Assembly (NCBI GenBank): GCA_015256915.3 | Contig: CP076101.2 | Span: forward strand, 540,001 to 572,000 | Reading direction: 5' to 3' | Source of the DNA: Candidatus Saccharimonas sp. | GTDB lineage: Bacteria > Patescibacteriota > Saccharimonadia > Saccharimonadales > Saccharimonadaceae | DNA: 32,000 nucleotides | Part shown: positions 26,872-32,000 of the stretch, one piece after another | How the letters are laid out: each line of letters begins with the position of its first letter | How positions within the stretch are numbered: the first letter of the stretch is position 1 | Made by a program: the position numbers and the translations under genes | The notes under the pieces: model-generated | What the model saw: only the letters and a program-made list of their open reading frames with translations | What the model was told of the DNA's origin: nothing | The model's database searches: none

Positions 26872-26958
26872 CTAATTGCGACGACCGCCACCATTAGTTC
26901 CGAAACCAGAACCTTGAGTAGGGTTTCCGCCATTATTGCCATTATTTCCTTTAGCCAT
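26872..26958 (-). CDS. Possible 28-aa Gly/Asn-rich peptide (may instead be part of a non-coding RNA)
   Basis: MAKGNNGNNGGNPTQGSGFGTNGGGRRN. It has only a weak Shine-Dalgarno sequence (GGAAAG, 11 nt upstream) and lies in a transcript bounded by a perfect promoter and a terminator. Confidence 0.3.
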   Translation of the reverse strand: MAKGNNGNNGGNPTQGSGFGTNGGGRRN

Positions 26959-27086
26959 AACAGTACCAACTTTCCATAAAAAATTCAAATGAACTCCGGT
27001 AAAAAATGTAATTTTCTAATTTTATTTCACAACAATATCAGAAAAACTACGCCTAAGCACCTACCAGTATTACTTAAGTATTTACG

Positions 27087-27115
27087 ATTATAACAAATAG
27101 CTATAGTAATGTCAA
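27087..27115 (-). promoter_or_regulatory. Perfect-consensus sigma70 promoter for the 28-aa ORF transcript
   Basis: Minus strand: TTGACA (27115-27110), a 17-nt spacer, then TATAAT (27092-27087). Confidence 0.7.
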
Positions 27116-27132
27116 ATAAATTTTTAAACAAT

Positions 27133-27163
27133 AAAAAGCTCTCGAAATCTTCGAAAGCTTTTT
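27133..27163. terminator. Terminator after yebC
   Basis: aaaaagctCtcgaa-atc-ttcgaAagcttttt has 13 bp with one mismatch and is flanked by A/T runs. Confidence 0.65.
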
Positions 27164-27168
27164 ATTGT

Positions 27169-27879
27169 TTAATCTATTTTAGCGTTCGTATGAACATTCA
27201 CCACGTCATCAACGTCGTCAAGTGCATCCATCAATTTTTCAACTTTCGCACGAGTTTCGTCGTCAGTGATTTCAACTTCCATATTTGGCACGTATTGAAG
27301 TTCGGCTTCTTTTACAGTTAAACCTTTTTCAATTAGTTCTTTTCGAACTTTCATTAAATCTTTTTGGTCGGTATAAACCATAATTTCGCCATCTTCTTCA
27401 ACCGCGTCTTCTGCACCAGCATCAAGAATTTCAAGTAGTGCGTCTTCGCCCGTTGCTTCAACCAAAATTACACCTTTGCGAGTAAACTGAAACATCACAC
27501 TACCCGCGTCAGCAATTCGGCCACCATTTTTTACTAAAGCAGTCTTAACTTCAGGGAAAGTTCGGTTGCGGTTGTCGGTTGCGGTTTCAATAATCAAACC
27601 AATTCCATTTGGGCCATAACCTTCGTAAGTAATTTCCTCAAGTATTGCCGAGTTTTTATCTGCTGCGCGAGCAATTGCACGCTCAATATTTGCATTTGGC
27701 ATATTCACAGCGCGAGCTTTTTCAATTGCCAGCGCCAAACTTGGGTTCATGTCTGGATCAGCACCACCACGAGCTGCAATTGCAATTTGATTTCCAATTC
27801 GTGTAAAAATTGCACCCCGTTTTGCATCATTTACACCTTTCTGTCGTTTAATTTTTGACCATTTATTATGACCAGCCAT
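27169..27879 (-). CDS. yebC: YebC/PmpR family DNA-binding regulator
   Basis: MAGHNKWSKIKRQKG...AIEKARAVNMP. It has an AAGGAGA Shine-Dalgarno sequence and a TTGAAT-17-TAAAAT promoter at 27915-27943. Confidence 0.9.
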   Translation of the reverse strand: MAGHNKWSKIKRQKGVNDAKRGAIFTRIGNQIAIAARGGADPDMNPSLALAIEKARAVNMPNANIERAIARAADKNSAILEEITYEGYGPNGIGLIIETATDNRNRTFPEVKTALVKNGGRIADAGSVMFQFTRKGVILVEATGEDALLEILDAGAEDAVEEDGEIMVYTDQKDLMKVRKELIEKGLTVKEAELQYVPNMEVEITDDETRAKVEKLMDALDDVDDVVNVHTNAKID

Positions 27880-27957
27880 AATTCTCCTTAATTTTTATCT
27901 GTAAATCTATATTAATTTTACCATTTTTTGCTTGAAAATTCAAATTTCGAAAAATAA

Positions 27958-27985
27958 AAACGCCCATTTTAACTTTTGAGCGTTT
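27958..27985 (-). terminator. Terminator after the flavoprotein gene
   Basis: aaacgc/gcgttt stem. On the minus strand it is followed by TTATTTTT. Confidence 0.45.
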
Positions 27986-27989
27986 AGTT

Positions 27990-29363
27990 TTATTTAATTT
28001 TATGGGCTGCCACACGAATAATCTCGCTCCAGCTTAAAAATGGTTGTGGGATTTCGGCTAAATCGTGTGCTGTCATTTCATTTCGAATCGCCAAAGAAAT
28101 CTGCGAAATCAAGTTTATTGCATCTGGCGATACAATACTTCCGCCAATAATCTTTCCCTTCCTATCACAAATAATTTTAGCAAATCCACTACTGAAATTC
28201 TCGACATTACTTTTTGCAATTAAATTAAGTGGCGCAATTGCAGTTTTATATTTTAAATCTCTCTTCAAACAATCATCCTCAGTTAAACCAACCGTGGCAA
28301 TTTCTGGCCAAGTTGAAATTGTACGAGGCGAAAGCGGAAACTTAACCTCAATTTTTGAGCGTGAATGTAAAATATTATAAGCAACCGTTCGGCTTTCAAG
28401 GAGAATCTCTGCCGTTTGAGCTTGTGGATTAACCACGCCACCAACCGCAAAAATATGCTTCATAGAAGTTTGCGAAAATTCATTTACAGCAATTCCATCT
28501 TTCGAAAAATCAATATGGGCATTTTCTAAGCCTATGTCTGTATTAGGTATTCTTTCACCTACAACCAGAATTTCATCAACTCGCACAAATTTCTCGGTTC
28601 CGCCTCGTTGAAAGATCACTCGCTTCATCAAGCCGTCTTTTTGCACTGCTACCACTCGAGTTTGCGGTAAAACATAAACATGACTTTCTTCAACTAAAAT
28701 ATTTTCAATAGTAATTCCAACTTCTTCGTCTTCTTTTGGCAAAAGTCGTGCTGAAACTTCACTGATGTAAACTTTCGTACCAAAAATAGCCAAAATTTGA
28801 GCAATTTCAACCGCCTCAGCTCCACCACCAACAATAAAAATGCTTTTAGGTGGGCGAGCAATATCAAAAATTGTTTTCGGCGTATAGTATCGCACATTTT
28901 CAATATTTTTAATATCTGGAATTGAGATTTTCGAACCAGTTGCAATCAAGAAATTCTTTGCTGAATAATGCTTTTGATTAATCGAAATCTCATTCGGAGT
29001 TAAAAATCTGGCTTCACCGCGAAAAGTTTTAATCCCCATACTTTCGAAAAATTTTTGATTATCATGAGCACCGGTTCGTTCAATCACATTTTTTTTCCAA
29101 GCAGAAATTATCGGAAAATTATAAGTTAAATTTGCCGAGCGTAGACCCATTTTTTCAGCCTTTTTCGCCTCAAAAAAAGCTTTTTTAACCTTCGAAATTG
29201 CCGCCCGTGGAATATCACTATAATTTGGTGATTCACCACCAAAAAGATCATTTTCAACAATCGCAACATTTAGCCCGGATTTTGCTGCAATATTTGCTGC
29301 TGCCGAACCACCCGCTCCACTTCCAAGAACAATTAAATCAAAATCAAATTTTCTTTTAGCCAT
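27990..29363 (-). CDS. Class-I pyridine nucleotide-disulfide oxidoreductase homologue (Lpd/GR-like fold) lacking the redox-active CxxxxC
   Basis: FAD site LGSGAGGSAAA, NAD site VGGGAEAVEIA, and a dimerisation-domain C-terminus. The position of GGxCxNxGCIP reads GGESPNYSDIP (29214-29231), and the C-terminal HPT(L)xE position reads QPFLSWSE. Confidence 0.7.
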   Translation of the reverse strand: MAKRKFDFDLIVLGSGAGGSAAANIAAKSGLNVAIVENDLFGGESPNYSDIPRAAISKVKKAFFEAKKAEKMGLRSANLTYNFPIISAWKKNVIERTGAHDNQKFFESMGIKTFRGEARFLTPNEISINQKHYSAKNFLIATGSKISIPDIKNIENVRYYTPKTIFDIARPPKSIFIVGGGAEAVEIAQILAIFGTKVYISEVSARLLPKEDEEVGITIENILVEESHVYVLPQTRVVAVQKDGLMKRVIFQRGGTEKFVRVDEILVVGERIPNTDIGLENAHIDFSKDGIAVNEFSQTSMKHIFAVGGVVNPQAQTAEILLESRTVAYNILHSRSKIEVKFPLSPRTISTWPEIATVGLTEDDCLKRDLKYKTAIAPLNLIAKSNVENFSSGFAKIICDRKGKIIGGSIVSPDAINLISQISLAIRNEMTAHDLAEIPQPFLSWSEIIRVAAHKIK

Positions 29364-29373
29364 TTTTCACTCC

Positions 29374-29643
29374 TTAAATTATGCTCTTGAAATTTTTATA
29401 AATATACGCTGCCTCCGGATGGACTTTCTGTAGAATTTCTCCGGTTTGTCTTCGAATATCACCACTTGTAATTTCTGGTTTGTTTCTTTGCCAATCTGCA
29501 AATTCGAGAAGAGTTTTTCGAACAAATTCATTACTTTGCCCTTCTGGAGATCTAACAATTAAGAAAGTTTCACTCAAGGATTTTTGTAATTTTTTATAAT
29601 CAAATTTCTCAACTTCTCCATCAGATTTTACAACCATTCTCAT
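29374..29643 (-). CDS. Stand-alone ATP-cone domain protein (89 aa)
   Basis: VVKSDGEVEKFDYKKLQKSL...EITSGDIRRQTGEILQKVHPEAAYIY matches the ATP-cone pattern. Confidence 0.6.
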   Translation of the reverse strand: MRMVVKSDGEVEKFDYKKLQKSLSETFLIVRSPEGQSNEFVRKTLLEFADWQRNKPEITSGDIRRQTGEILQKVHPEAAYIYKNFKSII

Positions 29644-30377
29644 AGCGAAACCCCTAAGAATTCTGGCATAAAAATTACAACACCAGTTATAAATGCTAAA
29701 ATTATCATTCCCAGACCTGCTGAAAATTGCATAAAACGCTTATTCTTATTCCGCCAAGCTTGAATTTCTGAAATTGGATGTCCACCAGAAATCATACAAG
29801 CAATACTAAAAATTGGTAAATTAGAAATTAAAACATAAATTACTAAAATAGCAAATTGAAGGGCCGGTGAAACACGTGAGGCTAAAATTGCCGAAATCGC
29901 CAAAGATGCAAAATAAAACAAGATTTCACTCAAAACACTCACAATTCCTAGCGAAAATGCTTCAGCCGAATGAACAGTTTTACTTGCTCGCTCGTTAAGA
30001 AACTTTGCCATTGAACGAGGAATCCAAAGTTCCGTACTATTTTGTATGTTTTTGCCTCTTCGATAATAAAAAATCCAAGTTGAGATCCCAGCAGCAACTA
30101 AAATACCAGCCAAGACTGCCCAAGCTACTTTCGAAAATGCAATATTATAAAATATTCCAGCAAAATATGCAAAAGTTGAAAAAATAAGAATAGTTGCAAA
30201 AACTGATCCAAAAACTAAAGACATAGATAACTTTGTTAATTGTAAATGCGACTTTTTCTTGCTTAAAGTGTGCCCACTCAAAAGTGTTAGAACGCTAATA
30301 CTCAAATGAAAACTAGCATGCACCATTGCCGCTAAGATTACTACTAATAAAATCATCCGAATTTCCATAAGCTTCAT
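29640..30377 (-). CDS. Hypothetical integral membrane protein (245 aa, about 6 TM helices)
   Basis: Hydrophobic profile, with a 4-nt ATGA overlap with the ATP-cone gene. Confidence 0.5.
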   Translation of the reverse strand: MKLMEIRMILLVVILAAMVHASFHLSISVLTLLSGHTLSKKKSHLQLTKLSMSLVFGSVFATILIFSTFAYFAGIFYNIAFSKVAWAVLAGILVAAGISTWIFYYRRGKNIQNSTELWIPRSMAKFLNERASKTVHSAEAFSLGIVSVLSEILFYFASLAISAILASRVSPALQFAILVIYVLISNLPIFSIACMISGGHPISEIQAWRNKNKRFMQFSAGLGMIILAFITGVVIFMPEFLGVSL

Positions 30378-30441
30378 TTAAATTATATTATAAGCACAAG
30401 CGAAAATCAAGAAAAATGTTTAAGTTTTTTCGAAAAAAGTC

Positions 30442-30470
30442 TTGACTTTTATATTTTTATATGTTATTAT
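30442..30470 (+). promoter_or_regulatory. Promoter for the 40-aa ORF
   Basis: TTGACT, a 17-nt spacer, then TATTAT. Confidence 0.55.
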
Positions 30471-30509
30471 AAATAACGTAATATTATTTAAAAACAAAAA
30501 GGAAAATAA

Positions 30510-30632
30510 ATGGCACGACACGAACGAATGTCCTCATGGGATAGACACCGAACTAAAAAAGAACTCCGAAACTTCATTGATGCAAGAATTTCACGATTCA
30601 ATGAATTTGATGAGTTCGAAGATTTAGTCTAA
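30510..30632 (+). CDS. Small charged protein (40 aa; below the ORF-track cutoff)
   Basis: MARHERMSSWDRHRTKKELRNFIDARISRFNEFDEFEDLV. It has an AAAAGGAAAA Shine-Dalgarno context, a promoter, and a terminator. I prefer it over the overlapping TTG-started track ORF at 30442-30627, which would begin inside the -35 box. Confidence 0.45.
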   Translation: MARHERMSSWDRHRTKKELRNFIDARISRFNEFDEFEDLV

Positions 30633-30639
30633 GAATATG

Positions 30640-30666
30640 AAGCTCGCAAAATTAGCGAGCTTTTCT
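30640..30666 (+). terminator. Terminator after the 40-aa ORF
   Basis: aagctcgc-aaaatta-gcgagctt followed by a T-run. Confidence 0.65.
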
Positions 30667-30707
30667 CTTGAAAAAAGTTTTTCAATGTGCTAAAATATAA
30701 ACATTAT

Positions 30708-30784
30708 GGTAGCGTAGCTCAGTTGGTTAGAGCGTAGGACTCATAAGCCTAAGGTCGCAGGTTCAATCCCCGCCGCTACTACCA
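30708..30784 (+). tRNA. tRNA with CAU anticodon (elongator Met or lysidine-Ile2), CCA encoded
   Basis: GGTAGCG-TA-GCTC-AGTTGGTTA-GAGC..loop CTCATAA..TTCAATC..CGCTACT-A-CCA. It has a G1.U72 pair and mismatches in the anticodon and T stems. A TTGAAA-17-TAAAAT promoter lies at 30668-30696. Confidence 0.8.
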
Positions 30785-30796
30785 GAAATTATATAG

Positions 30797-30830
30797 AAAA
30801 TCGTTGCAAATTTTGTAACGATTTTTATTT
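30797..30830 (+). terminator. Terminator after the CAU tRNA
   Basis: aaaatcgtt/aacgatttt 9-bp stem followed by a T-run. Confidence 0.6.
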
Positions 30831-30885
30831 TTATAAATAAAAATAACCTTCCATTTTTGAAAAGTTATTTTTTGAAATAATTTCT

Positions 30886-30963
30886 TGGTTGCGGGAGTAG
30901 GATTTGAACCTACGACCTCTTGGTTATGAGCCAAGCGAGCTGACCAGACTGCTCCATCCCGCG
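30886..30963 (-). tRNA. Initiator tRNA-fMet (CAU), CCA encoded
   Basis: The reverse complement is CGCGGGA-TG-GAGC..CTTGG-CTCATAA-CCAAG..GTAGG-TTCAAAT-CCTAC-TCCCGCA-A-CCA. It has the C1xA72 mismatch typical of bacterial initiators and high identity to the canonical fMet body. Confidence 0.85.
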
Positions 30964-30976
30964 ATATCTGCTTTAT

Positions 30977-31005
30977 ATTTTATCACGCAGATATTTAAAA
31001 GTCAA
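30977..31005 (-). promoter_or_regulatory. Promoter for tRNA-fMet
   Basis: Minus strand: TTGACT, a 17-nt spacer, then TAAAAT (with TGA upstream), inside the shared 20-nt block. Confidence 0.55.
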
Positions 31006-31015
31006 GGGTTTTTGG

Positions 31016-31456
31016 CTATTTCGTTGCCTTTTGAGCATTTCCACCAAAAATAAAGTTAATCCATTGTGTAAAATTTGAAGGTTTTGGCGTTTTAGTTTGC
31101 TCTTTCTTTTGTTCTTCTGGGTATTTCGAAAGAATCAAAACATGTTCACCTGGCATTGCAAGACCAAGTTTTTCACGTACAGCAAGCTCTTGGTATTCAG
31201 AACTTTTCAGATATTTTTGCTCATATTCAAGTGTTTTATAGCTAATTTCATCAATTAAAGCCTGGCGCTGTTTGAGTTCTAGCTTTTTTTGAATTGAATA
31301 ATTTTTTTCCATCGCCGCAATATTCCCCCAAACCCAAATTATCGAGATAAAAATAACACTGGCCATAACAATATTACTCAAAGTTAAAATATCGTTCGAA
31401 AAATAATATTTCGCACGGCGAGTTTTAGTTTTTAAATCGTTTAAGTTTAATTTCAC
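31016..31456 (-). CDS. Septum formation initiator family protein (FtsB/DivIC-like)
   Basis: One N-terminal TM helix, then a coiled coil, then AVREKLGLAMPGEHVLIL. It has a GTG start with a TGATAAAAT box 6 nt upstream. Confidence 0.6.
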   Translation of the reverse strand: MKLNLNDLKTKTRRAKYYFSNDILTLSNIVMASVIFISIIWVWGNIAAMEKNYSIQKKLELKQRQALIDEISYKTLEYEQKYLKSSEYQELAVREKLGLAMPGEHVLILSKYPEEQKKEQTKTPKPSNFTQWINFIFGGNAQKATK

Positions 31457-31496
31457 TATTTAATTTTATCACATTTTCTGATATAATTAAATAGTC

Positions 31497-31572
31497 GGGG
31501 GATTAGCTCAGCGGTTAGAGCAGTCGTCTCATACACGATTGGTCGCTGGTTCGAACCCAGCATCCCCTACCA
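31497..31572 (+). tRNA. tRNA with CAU anticodon (elongator Met or lysidine-Ile2), CCA encoded
   Basis: GGGGGAT-TA-GCTC-AGCGGTTA-GAGC-A-GTCGT-CTCATAC-ACGAT..GCTGG-TTCGAAC-CCAGC-ATCCCCT-A-CCA, with a G1.U72 pair. Confidence 0.8.
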
Positions 31573-31614
31573 AAATCGCCTAATTGGCGTTTTTATTTTT
31601 ATTTTGAATTTAAC

Positions 31615-31647
31615 AAAACCGCCCCATCTGAATGAGAGGCGGTTTTT
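31615..31647. terminator. Bidirectional terminator hairpin
   Basis: aaaaccgcc/ggcggtttt 9-bp stem with a 14-nt loop, flanked by A and T runs. Confidence 0.65.
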
Positions 31648-31656
31648 ATAAATTGA

Positions 31657-31863
31657 TTATTTCTTGCGAGAAACTGTCAAGAAGCCGTTTCGTGGATTTT
31701 CTTTTACAATTCGGTCTTCTGGAAGGTCGCAAGGCTCACCCTTATCGTTCTTTTCTTTTTTAGCAAAGAAGTAAATTGTTTGTGGTTTTCCGCCACGCAA
31801 AGTTACTTCACTTTTGTGCAAATAATATGTAATTCCTTTTGAATTTGTTTGACTATAAGCCAT
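31657..31863 (-). CDS. Small conserved-looking hypothetical protein (68 aa from the preferred start)
   Basis: MAYSQTNSKGITYYLHKSEVTLRGGKPQTIYFFAKKE... An AAAGGA Shine-Dalgarno sequence precedes the internal ATG at 31863. The ORF track starts at 31899. Confidence 0.5.
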   Translation of the reverse strand: MAYSQTNSKGITYYLHKSEVTLRGGKPQTIYFFAKKEKNDKGEPCDLPEDRIVKENPRNGFLTVSRKK

Positions 31864-32000
31864 TTCTATCCTTTCATTACTACTGTTATATATTTTCATT
31901 GTATATCAGTTTTAAAGTGGTGTCAAGCCTTTTTACACTTTTGGTGTATATTTTTTCAAAATAAGCTTAAGAATTATAGTTGTTATCATTTTTATTATAA

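Noticed and set aside
26795-27080. The strongly promoted ~290-nt transcript considered as RNase P RNA, tmRNA, SRP RNA or 6S RNA.
   Set aside because: GGAAAGUUGG only superficially resembles the RNase P CR-I sequence GGAAAGUCCGG. There is no GGUAAGAGCGCACC or ACAGAACCCGGCUUA, no tRNA-like ends or tag ORF, and no SRP domain IV motif.
30442-30627. The 61-aa track ORF overlapping the 40-aa ORF.
   Set aside because: It starts at a TTG that is itself the -35 hexamer (TTGACT) of the predicted promoter, so it would lie upstream of the transcription start. It also has no Shine-Dalgarno sequence. The 40-aa frame has both a Shine-Dalgarno sequence and a terminator.
1-32000. CRISPR arrays, transposases or IS elements, integrases, prophage blocks, restriction-modification or other defence gene clusters, and rRNA genes.
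   Set aside because: None are visible. There are no regularly spaced direct repeats, no recognisable transposase, integrase or nuclease-methylase ORFs, and every ORF over 100 aa is accounted for by housekeeping or small hypothetical genes.

Overview
AT-rich (about one-third G+C by eye), densely packed bacterial chromosome segment read with the standard genetic code. Almost all content is housekeeping. It includes a partial P-type ATPase, a KH protein, trmD, murT-gatD, tsaB-tsaE, comEC, an MFS transporter and murC. It also includes a family-5 solute-binding protein, secG, phosphoketolase, gmk, yebC, an ftsB-like gene, eight tRNAs, and a heat-shock regulon in two pieces (hrcA-grpE, and dnaK...dnaJ) with three CIRCE operators. 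The gene content (MurT/GatD, phosphoketolase, short TsaB, short ComEC, many tiny genes) is compatible with a reduced-genome Patescibacteria/Saccharibacteria-like organism; that placement is inference only. I found no CRISPR array, transposase, integrase, or recognisable defence or toxin system. The observations most worth a second look are these. (1) The palindrome TTCGAA/TTTCGAAA is roughly 9-fold (6-mer) to 40-fold (8-mer) over-represented, in all codon phases and in intergenic DNA. (2) A tRNA-flanked pair of ATP-yielding genes (carbamate kinase, pyruvate kinase) is riddled with frameshifts while their promoters and terminators are intact. (3) comEC is split at a T8 tract. (4) All three CIRCE operators carry a -35 box in the spacer. 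(5) About ten genes have an extended -10 box only 6-8 nt from the start codon, suggesting leaderless mRNAs. (6) There are several orphan promoter-to-terminator mini-units (a candidate sRNA upstream of xfp, a 28-aa Gly/Asn-rich ORF, a 54-aa zinc ribbon, a 40-aa ORF). (7) An Lpd-like flavoprotein lacks both redox cysteines and sits in an operon with a stand-alone ATP-cone protein. All counts were made by hand from the sequence and need computational confirmation.
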